A program made the position numbers and the translations under genes. Shown piece after piece: positions 48,516 through 58,642 of a stretch of DNA of 64,000 nt (its first letter is position 1; every line of letters begins with the position of its first letter). Origin of the DNA: Patescibacteria group bacterium (lineage in GTDB: Bacteria > Patescibacteriota > Patescibacteriia > UBA10025 > JAHIVO01); NCBI GenBank assembly GCA_028718605.1, contig JAQULM010000001.1, positions 519,006 through 583,005 of the forward strand. Reading direction: 5' to 3'. A model generated the notes under the pieces. The model made no database searches and was not told the DNA's origin. It was given only the letters and a program-made list of their open reading frames with translations.

Positions 48516-49742
48516 CTACAACAGCGCCGCTGCCTGCTTCAGCGCCTGTTTCGCCTGCTTGAGCGCTCGGCTCCCGGATTGCCCCAGAAACGCCATGGCG
48601 GTTTCTATATGCTGTGAAGCGTCCCGAACGACAGGGTGCTGGAACCCAGTTTCGTCAACATTACTGATCCATGCTTTCGCGCCGGCAACCGTCGCCGCAA
48701 TCGTGTCGCGCTGCGCAGGATCGATGCGTTCCTGCTCAAGCAAACCATTAACTTCAACAATGGCACACTCGAGGCTGATCCGTACCTGCCGGAGCGTGAG
48801 TGAATTTGCGCTCATCCGGAGGATCGTGGCAGCTGCCTCATGCTTATGCTGCCGCAACTGCCTGGCAGCGCTCGCAAACTCATCGAGGAGATGCCGCGCG
48901 GTGTTGCGGAACGGTACGATATCGTACCGCTTCAGCTCAGCCGTAAACAACTCGAGTGCGCAACTGACCATCTCGGCATGGGCGCAATCAGTAATTGGAG
49001 GCGCGGCCAATCCATCAACCGGCGCAAATGCCGCGAGAAAATCATGCATACCCGCGAATGACAGCTCCATCGTATGGACCAAGAGGTCAGCAACGCGCTG
49101 GCGCGAAGTAAGCACTTCCTCAATATGGTTGATATCGACCAACCGCCCATGGGCTTGGTTACCGCCACCAACGGCAACAGCTGCTTTCGCGCTCGGATTA
49201 ACGCGCTTCAAACTGTCAACAACCGTCCCTAACTGCGCTGCGGCATTCGCAATCCGCTGGTTACGGTAGACATCAGGCCGTGCGCCAATACGCACAATGA
49301 TTTCTCCGGACAATTGCTCGAACTGCTTGGCAAGGTCAGCCGCATTTGTCGTGCGCAGCCCGAGTGCGAGACGATTCAGCTCAGCAAACAGCTCCTGGAT
49401 ACGGAGTAAATCAGCGCGTTTGCCCTCTTCAAACGTGAGGCCGTATTGAGCTGCGACGTGCATGGTGTACCGACGCACTGCATAGAGATTGTCGTACATC
49501 ACGTATACGAGCCACGCCGGATCAAATGTTGACAGCAAGCTCTGTGCTTTCAATGTTTCGATGAGCACCCAATCCCACCGCGGGACAATAGGCTTGCCAC
49601 GATGGTGGCCGCTGACGATGACGCCGATATCGCTCTCTTCAAGGCCGATGCGCGCTTTGAGATACCGCACTTTTCCTTTGATGAGAACCGGCACGGTCTG
49701 TATTGAACCGCCGCCAATTCCACCGACAATTACCGTTGACAT
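48516..49742 (-). CDS. Hypothetical protein, mostly alpha-helical
   Basis: 408-aa ORF with purine-rich SD and a downstream terminator hairpin at 48456-48487; no family recognised. Confidence 0.7.
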   Translation of the reverse strand: MSTVIVGGIGGGSIQTVPVLIKGKVRYLKARIGLEESDIGVIVSGHHRGKPIVPRWDWVLIETLKAQSLLSTFDPAWLVYVMYDNLYAVRRYTMHVAAQYGLTFEEGKRADLLRIQELFAELNRLALGLRTTNAADLAKQFEQLSGEIIVRIGARPDVYRNQRIANAAAQLGTVVDSLKRVNPSAKAAVAVGGGNQAHGRLVDINHIEEVLTSRQRVADLLVHTMELSFAGMHDFLAAFAPVDGLAAPPITDCAHAEMVSCALELFTAELKRYDIVPFRNTARHLLDEFASAARQLRQHKHEAAATILRMSANSLTLRQVRISLECAIVEVNGLLEQERIDPAQRDTIAATVAGAKAWISNVDETGFQHPVVRDASQHIETAMAFLGQSGSRALKQAKQALKQAAALL

Positions 49743-49923
49743 CCTTTCTCTCCTCTCACTCTGTATTGTGAAACTAACTCTTTTTCATTTTTATCTAAAA
49801 AACCAAGCGGCTCTATCTTACGCTCGAGAGCTACCAGTGTCAAATAAAAAAACGGTTCCATCGCATGTACTACGCGACGGAACCGCAAACTCCGAGAAGT
49901 GACGCTGGATGCCCCCTGTCCTG

Positions 49924-50235
49924 CTACTTCTTTTCCGGCAGTAACGCCACGATGAGCGTGGCAACCGTCACGATACAGAAAAACTTGAATGCGAACGGCG
50001 TCCAATACGTCGAACCCCAGGCAGCGAGCGCACCAATGACCAGGATGATCAACCCGCGGTACAGCCGCGATTCAACGATGGCATTCAGCAAACCGGCGAG
50101 GGCGCCAAAAACGGTGCACCACAGGACCGGCCAAAACGGGATATCAGCGGCGCTGAACAGATCGAGCGCCCCTGCGCCGAGAAAGAACACTAGGCAGCAT
50201 ATCCCCACAAAATACACCTTGCCGACATCAGACAT
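49924..50235 (-). CDS. Small multi-TM hypothetical protein
   Basis: Hydrophobic 103-aa ORF, SD AGGAGG upstream. Confidence 0.65.
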   Translation of the reverse strand: MSDVGKVYFVGICCLVFFLGAGALDLFSAADIPFWPVLWCTVFGALAGLLNAIVESRLYRGLIILVIGALAAWGSTYWTPFAFKFFCIVTVATLIVALLPEKK

Positions 50236-50385
50236 GGCAATGCCTCCTATCTATACGTTTGCGTGATTTTCAACTCTCTCAACTATGTGTGTGTAAGAAT
50301 TGTTGAAGCGTACCAACAACACAGTTCATTGTCAACATACTATCAGGCTTTGACCAAAGCATAGTACGCGACGTACAATACACCT

Positions 50386-51294
50386 ATGGCTGCACCACTA
50401 CAACAATCACTCGACGGCTTCCTTGGGCGCCTGTCGCAAGAAAACAGCGTCGGAAATGCGACCATCCGCAACTACCGTTTCTACCTGTCACGATTTTTAA
50501 CTTGGCGGGCGTTTCCTGAACCGTCAGCGATCACTGGCGAAGCAATCGATGAATTCCGGCACTACCTTGCGGGGATCCGGAACCAACGCGGTGAACTGAT
50601 GAAACAGACAACGCAGAATTACCACCTGATCGCGCTCCGTGCATTCCTCGACTACCTCAATGCCCAGGGCATGGCAGTGCCCCGAGGCCATGACGTCAAG
50701 CTGAACCGCATTGAACAGCGGCACCAAGTAACGATTACCGACACAGATCTCGAACGCTTGCTGGAAGCGCCGCTGAATATGAAAAACCCCGGCATCGTCC
50801 AAAAGCGGGACAAAGCCCTCCTCGAACTGCTCTTCAGCACAGGATTGAAAGTATCAGAACTCTCGAACCTGCGCCGCGACCACGCACGATTGGAAGAAGA
50901 CGAGATGCCGATCCGCGGCACCGGAAGCAGAATGCGGTCAGTGCCGTTCACCCACCATGCGAAATTCTGGATCAAGGAATACCTCGATGTGCGTACCGAT
51001 GCGCTCCCGGCGCTTTTTATCCGCCATGATCGCGCGAAACGCCAGCAGCTCACGAGCGTACAGCCGGATGAATACAAACTGACGCCCCGGACGATCCAGC
51101 GCATTGTAAAAAAATACGCGGCATCATCCGGCCTCCCGCGCTCTACAACCCCTGAATCGCTCCGGCAAGCGTTCGCGTCATTCCTCCTGCGGCGCGGCGA
51201 CGATATCGAAACGGTGCAAAAAACACTCGGCCACGTTTCGCTGACGACGACGAAACTGTACGCAAAATCCCACGCCTCGCCCCCCGTGGATTGA
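50386..51294 (+). CDS. XerC/XerD-like tyrosine recombinase with degenerate catalytic motifs
   Basis: TQNYHLIALRAFL, RDKALLELLFSTGLKVSEL, TPESLRQAFA, LGH..LTTTKLY. Confidence 0.85.
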   Translation: MAAPLQQSLDGFLGRLSQENSVGNATIRNYRFYLSRFLTWRAFPEPSAITGEAIDEFRHYLAGIRNQRGELMKQTTQNYHLIALRAFLDYLNAQGMAVPRGHDVKLNRIEQRHQVTITDTDLERLLEAPLNMKNPGIVQKRDKALLELLFSTGLKVSELSNLRRDHARLEEDEMPIRGTGSRMRSVPFTHHAKFWIKEYLDVRTDALPALFIRHDRAKRQQLTSVQPDEYKLTPRTIQRIVKKYAASSGLPRSTTPESLRQAFASFLLRRGDDIETVQKTLGHVSLTTTKLYAKSHASPPVD

Positions 51295-51336
51295 CCGTAA
51301 CGGAAAAAATTGGTAGGGTTGAGTGCGCGACTCCAT

Positions 51337-51411
51337 GCCCTCATAGCTCAACGGATAGAGCATCAGCCTTCTAAGCTGAGGATGTAGGTTCGACTCCTAC
51401 TGAGGGTACCA
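51337..51411 (+). tRNA. tRNA-Arg(TCT)
   Basis: TCAGC CTTCTAA GCTGA; CCA. Confidence 0.96.
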
Positions 51412-51457
51412 GACTCAAACGATACTAATAAAAACTTATCGGAGAAAACATAATCAT

Positions 51458-51793
51458 ATGGCATGCTTCATCGCACCAACTGCTGCGGCAATCATCTCGA
51501 CAAGCGTTCGAAAAAAAATACCGCGACGCTACCATATCGGATGGCTCAACACCATGCTCTGGGGCGGAGTGATCATGCTTATCGTTGACCACATTGCGAA
51601 TGGGGAGATCGTTGCGTACCCGCCATTCCTTACTGCCATGGAAAACCCAAGCGCCATTCCCGTCATGGTTGAGGAAATCGTTACGCTCGGCGGCGCGATG
51701 ACCGCGGCGATTGTCGCGTGCTGGGCGATCATGGTAATTGTTGCGGATACCATAACAACAAAGAGGGAAACCAGTCAGGCGCAGTTGATGTAA
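51458..51793 (+). CDS. Small membrane hypothetical protein
   Basis: MACF..P start, LWGG..L..DHI..GE...PPFLTAM, TM helices, SD GGAG. Confidence 0.7.
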   Translation: MACFIAPTAAAIISTSVRKKIPRRYHIGWLNTMLWGGVIMLIVDHIANGEIVAYPPFLTAMENPSAIPVMVEEIVTLGGAMTAAIVACWAIMVIVADTITTKRETSQAQLM

Positions 51794-51984
51794 GCGTTTT
51801 TTGCGAAGAACAACGCCACCCACGATACGTGTTACTGCGCGCAGTTTTTCTATTGATCCAATGCCCTTGACATTGAAGCTGTTGAGTGCTATACTCTCGT
51901 GAAACAAAACTGCCAAACAGTACGTCAGATCCAAATCGCGTTGGATTGTTGTACAAAAAGGCACATTCACAAAGGAGGAAGTAA

Positions 51985-52623
51985 TTGGATAAAACTCTTC
52001 TAGAGGACACTCTCAAAAAAGAGGTCCCTGAAAATGAAGAGGAAACGATAATAGGGATGTACAAGCGGTACTTGCCGCTTGAAATCTTCGCACTGCTGTG
52101 CTCATGCTTGTTTGCGTTCCACTACCTTGATGCAGGGCAAGGCTTTTTCATGGTAGCTGTCGCCGGTACAGTTGGCGATATGGTTGGCTTTTATAGCTCG
52201 GGCTTTATCCGCCAAATCTGGGTGCATTGCCGGGACTACCATGATACGCACGGCTGGAGACGCGTCCGAGACATCCTTGGGCTTGCTTTCTGGGACATGG
52301 TTAAGGAACATGGGATCGCAGGCTTCTTCGACGATATCTTCATCCGGCCCTTTCTTCTATGGAAAATGCCTCAGTGGCTCGCGCTCATAGCTCAAATGTT
52401 TATGGCTGGGCAAATCAACCTAGGGCCTGGTCCCGCTCCCTCAATGGTCATGGGCTTGCTGCTGCTTCAGCTGCCTCTTGAGAAGATTGGCCTTGTGATC
52501 GGAAAGCTGTGCGCAGACTACATCTTCTATCGTGTTTCCTATGAATGCCGCAAGCGATTCGGACATTTAACTCCCGCTCGTGTATTTAAATGCCTGAAAA
52601 CCTTGCTGCTTCGTACCACCTGA
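51985..52623 (+). CDS. Hypothetical membrane protein
   Basis: SD AAGGAGG with TTG start; hydrophobic segments. Confidence 0.6.
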   Translation: MDKTLLEDTLKKEVPENEEETIIGMYKRYLPLEIFALLCSCLFAFHYLDAGQGFFMVAVAGTVGDMVGFYSSGFIRQIWVHCRDYHDTHGWRRVRDILGLAFWDMVKEHGIAGFFDDIFIRPFLLWKMPQWLALIAQMFMAGQINLGPGPAPSMVMGLLLLQLPLEKIGLVIGKLCADYIFYRVSYECRKRFGHLTPARVFKCLKTLLLRTT

Positions 52624-52736
52624 TATACCCGCATGAGTGCACGTTGGCTCGCGCGGGTATTTATTTTCTCTTTACAGTTGACTGTTTTATTCGGTAGTAT
52701 AATAATACGTACACGACAATCTTAGTGGACTAACAT

Positions 52737-52812
52737 GCGCGCATAGCTCAGCTGGTAGAGCAGTTGCCTCTTAAGCAAACGGTCGGGGGTTCGAATCCCT
52801 CTGCGCGCACCA
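52737..52812 (+). tRNA. tRNA-Lys(CTT)
   Basis: Anticodon loop CTCTTAA; T-arm GGGGG TTCGAAT CCCTC; CCA; terminator at 52818-52843. Confidence 0.96.
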
Positions 52813-52871
52813 CAAAGGCCTCCTCACACAGAGGAGGTTTTTGCGTAGCAGCCATGCCGCTCAACACGCAC

Positions 52872-53017
52872 GGATTCGAAGGGCAGGAGTGAATCAAGCG
52901 TGGAACGCGCAGATGAACGACAACGGATGCGACCCTTCGGGAGCATTCGTTGCTGCCCAGGACCCGAATCCCTCTGCGCGCACCACAAAGGCCTCCTCAC
53001 ACAGAGGAAGTTTTTGC
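52872..53017 (+). repeat. tRNA-tail element, family A (tRNA-Lys)
   Basis: GGATTCGAA-GGGCAG...ATGCGAC..GGAGCATT..CTGCCC-AGGAC followed by a 52/53-bp duplicate of 52792-52844. Confidence 0.88.
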
Positions 53018-53083
53018 AGTGTTCTATAGGAACAATCTGAGGAATGGAGTGTTTTTGTTGTAGAAAAACGCTATACTATCTAT

Positions 53084-53884
53084 ATGAACATTTTCCACAG
53101 AAAAAAGCATAAGGTAGACATGATCGTTATGTGGGCATGGCTGCTCCTGGCACCGACGCTTTCTTGGCTTGTCCAGGCAAATTTTTTCGTATCAATAATA
53201 ATCTTCTTCATCATCCCATCGGTGTTCCTTTCGTGGCGGTTTCCCGCTTCAATAAAAAAATCGGCGCTTTTTGCCGCGTGCGTTGGCGTCCCGCTCGTTA
53301 CGGTCCTGGATTATATGATGGAAGCGTCCGGCAGCATGCTGATTGACCAATCCATATTCGGCGATATCCGCATACTCGGTCTCGTGACAATCGACAGCTA
53401 CGTTTGGGGACTCTTCTTCCTGTATCTCATCGTTATGTATTACGAAGCGTTCCTCAACCATCACTTCTGGCACCGGCTGCGGTTCCCGGCGATGAAATAC
53501 CTCCTCATACTCATGCTCGTCCTGCTGTCGACTTTTTTCCTTGTATATTTCGTGAATCCGTCGTATCTTCGAATAACATTCTATTTCTATCTGCTCTGGG
53601 GTATCGCGCTTGTCTTTATCCCACTGCTGCTGCTGCTGACAAAATACCCAAAGCTTATAGCGAAATTTTTCAAAGCAGGGGCGTATTTTTTTCTCCTGCT
53701 CCTCGGATATGAGATCACCGCCATCAACCTCGGCAACTGGCTGTTTCCGGGCGAAAACCAGTTTATCGGCATGGTGGAATTATTCGGTGCACGATTCCCA
53801 TTCGAAGAACTATTTTATTTTGTAATGCTTGGCGCATTCGCCGGGATGACGTGGTACGAGTTTTTTGACGACGATAGAAAATAG
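53084..53884 (+). CDS. Multi-TM membrane protein, possibly lycopene-cyclase-domain-like
   Basis: About 7-8 TMs; W.F and PFEE motif near the C-terminus. Confidence 0.6.
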   Translation: MNIFHRKKHKVDMIVMWAWLLLAPTLSWLVQANFFVSIIIFFIIPSVFLSWRFPASIKKSALFAACVGVPLVTVLDYMMEASGSMLIDQSIFGDIRILGLVTIDSYVWGLFFLYLIVMYYEAFLNHHFWHRLRFPAMKYLLILMLVLLSTFFLVYFVNPSYLRITFYFYLLWGIALVFIPLLLLLTKYPKLIAKFFKAGAYFFLLLLGYEITAINLGNWLFPGENQFIGMVELFGARFPFEELFYFVMLGAFAGMTWYEFFDDDRK

Positions 53885-54208
53885 GCATTCACCAGCACAG
53901 CATTAACCACAATGCGCGTTTTTTATTTGCCCGGGCAATGATTTATACTGCTGTTGCAACACGAGCAAACATTCTACGGAGGTTTTGATTGAGATCCAAA
54001 CTCAAAAAAACATGGCTCTTCCGAACGTTCTATTGGCCGTCTGCCGTCGCAATCCTGGGTATTTCATGCGCGGTCGTCCTCATCATTATCAGCCGCGTGT
54101 TCCTCTCATCGTTGCCCTGTGTACGGTGACAATGGCAATCTCGAAAGTCGAGCGTGAGTTCCGTGCCGGACTCGCGCTCGTATTATTTTCAAACGCACCC
54201 ACAATACT

Positions 54209-55717
54209 TTATTCCTGCTCCCAGGTCAGCACGCGATACTGGTCCGTCACTGGGAAAAACGGCGGTGGCGCAAAATAAAAATTCTCATCATAGTACAGGT
54301 TGCGGATGCAGTACCCGCTCGCTGTCGTGCCGCACGGCGCGCACGCCGGGTTCCCGGCACCGCCGCATACATAGGCGAACCCGTAGCGCTGGTTTGTCCC
54401 GATCGCCCCGTAGTTCGTGTACGTCGAGCGGACGTAATTTTGGTTGCAGCTCGCAGGATCAAACGTTCCGGAATCCGCAGCATAGTAGAGCCGGCCAACC
54501 TTGCCTTTCTGCGCTATCTGTGCGGCGTCGACTCGCAAATCATCTTCGCTATAGAAACCGGCGAGGATGCTGTCCTGCGCGATAAGGCCGATCGCGTCAG
54601 TGCCGTCGTAGTTTGTATAGGTAAGGTCATTATTGATAATTATCGAAGCGTTGCCGGAACTATACGGGGCTTTGGCGGCGATGATCGATACGCGGCTTCC
54701 ATTTACCTGGCCGTCAACCCATACATCATCCTCGATGAAGATAAGCCCGTTCGCCGGCATGCTGAGGCTCCCGGAATCGACACCGTGGTAATCAAATGTT
54801 GACTCAGTCTCGATTGACCATAGGTTCGTACTCGTGTAGTTAGTCCACCAACACCACAGCCAAAAGCAGGTGTACTTCCGGCACGTTTTTTGGGCTGTAA
54901 CCCGATAAATTCCGACTTTCTCGCCCGGCAGGAACTTCACGTGATACCCTTCGGTGCCGGAATCAGTCAGGTAAATGCCCCCCGATTCAGCTTCCTCCTG
55001 CAGATCATCAAATTCACCGCTGATTCCCGTAAAGCTGACGCTGCCAGCGTCAATAACCCTGCCTGCCGCGAATACGTCGGGACGGCTTGCGAGCTCTGTC
55101 GGCGGCGCCGCATCAACGGGCGTCAGGTGCGTATGGACAGCCCATTCGTCAGCTCCCGAGTGGTCCGGGTCGTTGTAGGTAATCTCAGAGCTGCTCACCA
55201 CGTTATGCGCAAACCCGTCAAATCGGATCCCGTAGTTCGAATGAATCGGCCCAAACACTTCCGTGCCTTCCCCAAACCGCATGTTATCATTCGCAACAAC
55301 CGCAAAATTAGTGAATGACGGCCGGCCGAGCTTTGCGGTGATTGCCCGCTCGACCAGTGTGCTCGCCGTGGTGCTTCCGAGTGAGCGGATTTCCGCGACC
55401 GTTGATCCGGCGGGCGGAGCGGTGATATCCAGCGTAAACTGCCCGAATGCATTACCGTCGGCATCCGTATAGGAATGAAGGTAGGGACCCGATGCGCCGG
55501 TTCCATCCTGGTAGTCTTCCTGCGCATGCGCGAGGTGCCACCGATAATATTCGATGCCCGCTTCAGCAACCTGGAATGCTGCCTCGGCGTGTGCGGAGTG
55601 GCCGGCGACTCGCATACGGCTGAGCACGTACGTTGTCGATATGGAAGCCAGGCTGACGAACAATGTCGTGATAATTAGCACGGGAATATAGATGCTGCCT
55701 CCTGTCCTATTCTTCAT
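54209..55717 (-). CDS. PilX-like minor pilin / pilus-associated protein
   Basis: N-terminal hydrophobic helix after GG; AFQVAEAGIEYYRWHL; GPIHSN. Confidence 0.78.
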   Translation of the reverse strand: MKNRTGGSIYIPVLIITTLFVSLASISTTYVLSRMRVAGHSAHAEAAFQVAEAGIEYYRWHLAHAQEDYQDGTGASGPYLHSYTDADGNAFGQFTLDITAPPAGSTVAEIRSLGSTTASTLVERAITAKLGRPSFTNFAVVANDNMRFGEGTEVFGPIHSNYGIRFDGFAHNVVSSSEITYNDPDHSGADEWAVHTHLTPVDAAPPTELASRPDVFAAGRVIDAGSVSFTGISGEFDDLQEEAESGGIYLTDSGTEGYHVKFLPGEKVGIYRVTAQKTCRKYTCFWLWCWWTNYTSTNLWSIETESTFDYHGVDSGSLSMPANGLIFIEDDVWVDGQVNGSRVSIIAAKAPYSSGNASIIINNDLTYTNYDGTDAIGLIAQDSILAGFYSEDDLRVDAAQIAQKGKVGRLYYAADSGTFDPASCNQNYVRSTYTNYGAIGTNQRYGFAYVCGGAGNPACAPCGTTASGYCIRNLYYDENFYFAPPPFFPVTDQYRVLTWEQE

Positions 55718-56330
55718 ATGTATACTTGAGATTTCTCAATGAAATATTCGTCCCGATTTCCAGCTGTTGTGATTGCTGGCCATACCCTGTCTCAACCAGG
55801 AATTTGATCTGCACCAAACTGACCTCGCGAAGGCTTACCGGTTCTGCGAGAGGCGCTGAGCTGCCATCATACGTTTTGTCGTAATACCGAAAAATATAAT
55901 CCTCATTCATGATATTTTCCGCGGCGATATGCCCATCATCTTCCGTGAATGCAGGATACTGGGGAGGTTCCGCCGTATCAGCGTTCACAACCCACCGGTA
56001 CAGGGTTGTCCCCTCAAGGGCATACCGAATCTTTTCCCTGCGGGCGTCACCCTGGACATTTGCATAAAAAACTATCTCAAACGGCTCGGCTATTTCCAAT
56101 GGATACGATCCGTTATCCGACAGTATCATCTCACGCACGTCACCAGTGACATCGTGCATAGCTGAACGGGCGTCTTCCTGGGCGTCAACCTGACTTCGCG
56201 TAATATTCCAGCGCCGCATACCCTCATACCCGTATGTTCCAACCCCAATGGCAATGGCTGAAACGATCCCGATGACAACGATCATCTCAACGACTGTAAA
56301 TCCATACATTGTATTCTTCAAGGCTTTCAT
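55707..56330 (-). CDS. Prepilin-type N-terminal cleavage/methylation protein (minor pilin)
   Basis: Class III signal GFTVVEMIVVIGI; C-terminal ISLRN. Confidence 0.85.
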   Translation of the reverse strand: MKALKNTMYGFTVVEMIVVIGIVSAIAIGVGTYGYEGMRRWNITRSQVDAQEDARSAMHDVTGDVREMILSDNGSYPLEIAEPFEIVFYANVQGDARREKIRYALEGTTLYRWVVNADTAEPPQYPAFTEDDGHIAAENIMNEDYIFRYYDKTYDGSSAPLAEPVSLREVSLVQIKFLVETGYGQQSQQLEIGTNISLRNLKYTYEE

Positions 56331-58642
56331 GGCAGTGGAGTTAAAAGCACCTCGACGGTCGTATATCCGCTCACCTTAATCGTCTGATTAACATCCTGGT
56401 ACCCGGGATGGTGGAGCTCGAGTACGTAGTCCCCCGCGGGCATATCGCTGAAATACGCCTGACCAGGGGGCAAACATTCCAGCGTATAACCGATACGGAT
56501 ATCGGTTACCGTCGGCGTGTAGTATATATCCTCAGTTGACAAGAACATCTTATACCGGAGATACCGGTTCCCGTCATGGCTGCTGTGCACATCACCGGCG
56601 GCCCCCTCGAAGTACGTCGCGCTCGTCCCATCGGGGCCGACATACGTCCACGTACTATTGTCACTGTTCGTCGCGATCTGGAATCGGACGCTCGTTTCTC
56701 CGGTTTCTGCGGGTTGGGCAACCAGGTCCCACGCAAGAGTAGTAAAATCGCTATGCCCCTCGGCCGCCGAACCGAGATCGATTGTCGAGGACTCAAGCTC
56801 ACCGGACGCCGCGTAGGTATCGAGTTCGTATTGCACCTCAAAATCCGAAACGACCGGTGTCACGTCTTCATCAGTCGTTTCCATTTCTATCCGAACATGC
56901 AACTCATCACCAGCGGCAGCAAAGACGTGCAAAGTTCCCAGTGTTACCTGTTCAAATGTCGTTCCACCATCAGCAGACAAATAGTAACGGATTGTCTGCC
57001 CATTGAGCGCCTCAGTTGCAGTAAGTGTTGCTGAAGAAATCTTGCCGTACTGCCCATTTAAGGGCTTTGTCTGCATATACTGGACCGTTCCTACGGGATA
57101 CACGCCGCCCTCGATGTCCATGCGGAGCTCCTGGTCTGGCACGTTCCAATCAGCCGTTGTGCTTCCGCCATCCTTATAATTTCCTGTCGAGAAGTCTTCC
57201 TCAAAACTATACGGCATGCTTACTTTCTGCAACGTCACCTGGCCGGTCGTGCTGGCTGTATCAACGTTTGTCCCGCTGAAATACCTGGTTTCGTCCGTAT
57301 ACAATTCCTGCCCAAATCCGCCCGACCAGTCAGTCTGCTGAATAAATCCCTGGCCGGTAATTTTGCTTTGGTCAAATGTTTCACCGGTATTGACGCCCCG
57401 TACGGTGACGTCCGACACATTGACGCGCGTGCCCGAATCTTTCGCGGTGACGAGCAATGAATTTTCGGTATGGGGGGCGAGCAGCACATTGATTGTTGTG
57501 CTCGTATTCGGCAGGATGTCCAGCGCAAGATCATGGTTGATGCCCGCAATATCGTATCCCGGCGTATCAACAACGAGGTCGTACCGGTCCCACTCAAGTT
57601 CCGCGGTTGACCAGTGCGGATTCAATAACGCATTGGTAGTGAACGAAATGACGTTTTTGAATATTTCGGGGTCGTTGCTGATTTTCTTATCCATGCCGCG
57701 CAACGTGAAATCGATGCCGTCCAAGGCCTCGCAGAACTCATTGTAACTGTTCACCGCGAGCGTGCTGAACTTATCAATAATAAATGTCACTTCATCGAGC
57801 TCCCCCTCGTGCACCGAAACGTCCCGCAGGACGGGATCGGGAACTCCCTCGGCATCCGTGCAAGCAGTGCCGCCGGTTTGCATACTGCACGTCCTGCTGG
57901 TCGTATAACCGTCCTTGGCCACCCGGATAACGTAACTGAACTGGGACGGCTCAAGATCAAGCAACAGAAGCTGGCCGAGGACATTGGTAGCCATTGAAAG
58001 GTTGACTGCAGGCGATACAGTAGTATTCGTAATGCTCACCGTTGCCCCAGAAACAGGCGCTCCGTTTGCATCAATTACTTTAATCAATAGAAAGCCTTTG
58101 TCGGTGTCTCCTTCAAGGTCTTGAGGCGCAATAATTGTCGAGAGCTTAATAGACTGATCACCGCTGAGAGTTGACCAGGAGACAACCACGTCACATTTTT
58201 TATAATCCGCAGGATTATTCTGGTTCGCGGGGATGTCGCGCGGTTTCTCGACAACCGAACCGTCCGCGCACTGGGACCACTGCTCTGGCGGCAGTCCAAC
58301 AGCGAGGCCGGCGCATCCATCAAACGGATCATCGAAATACTTGATCGTTGTCGCGATTGTGTATGTCACGCCAGACTGTTTCTGCTCGCGAGTCGGCTGG
58401 ATGCTGCCCTGGGGGGAACCGGTTGTGGTGCCGAGGAGATAGTAATCGATGTTACGGAGCACTTCCATTTGGGAATTCGCGATTTCCACCGCGAGTAATT
58501 TCGCTTTCGACCGCTGCAGTCCCTTGAATGAATTGTCAAACGCGTTCAGCATCAGGATAAACAGGGCCGAAAAAATCAGAAGCACAACGAGTACCTCTAC
58601 CAGCGTGAAACCGCTCTCTGTTCGGATCGCTCTCTGGCGCAT
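56327..58642 (-). CDS. Large prepilin-type protein with carboxypeptidase-regulatory-like beta-sandwich domains
   Basis: GFTLVEVLVVLLI; V.DANGAPVSGATV..; ATG at 58642. Confidence 0.85.
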   Translation of the reverse strand: MRQRAIRTESGFTLVEVLVVLLIFSALFILMLNAFDNSFKGLQRSKAKLLAVEIANSQMEVLRNIDYYLLGTTTGSPQGSIQPTREQKQSGVTYTIATTIKYFDDPFDGCAGLAVGLPPEQWSQCADGSVVEKPRDIPANQNNPADYKKCDVVVSWSTLSGDQSIKLSTIIAPQDLEGDTDKGFLLIKVIDANGAPVSGATVSITNTTVSPAVNLSMATNVLGQLLLLDLEPSQFSYVIRVAKDGYTTSRTCSMQTGGTACTDAEGVPDPVLRDVSVHEGELDEVTFIIDKFSTLAVNSYNEFCEALDGIDFTLRGMDKKISNDPEIFKNVISFTTNALLNPHWSTAELEWDRYDLVVDTPGYDIAGINHDLALDILPNTSTTINVLLAPHTENSLLVTAKDSGTRVNVSDVTVRGVNTGETFDQSKITGQGFIQQTDWSGGFGQELYTDETRYFSGTNVDTASTTGQVTLQKVSMPYSFEEDFSTGNYKDGGSTTADWNVPDQELRMDIEGGVYPVGTVQYMQTKPLNGQYGKISSATLTATEALNGQTIRYYLSADGGTTFEQVTLGTLHVFAAAGDELHVRIEMETTDEDVTPVVSDFEVQYELDTYAASGELESSTIDLGSAAEGHSDFTTLAWDLVAQPAETGETSVRFQIATNSDNSTWTYVGPDGTSATYFEGAAGDVHSSHDGNRYLRYKMFLSTEDIYYTPTVTDIRIGYTLECLPPGQAYFSDMPAGDYVLELHHPGYQDVNQTIKVSGYTTVEVLLTPLP

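Noticed and set aside
50386-52812. Prophage or ICE integrated at tRNA-Arg
   Set aside because: No tRNA-Arg 3' duplication was seen, there are no phage or conjugation genes, and the recombinase is Xer-like and degenerate
53985-54278. 97-aa plus-strand ORF
   Set aside because: It overlaps the convergent PilX-like gene and has no recognisable motif; the evidence is too weak
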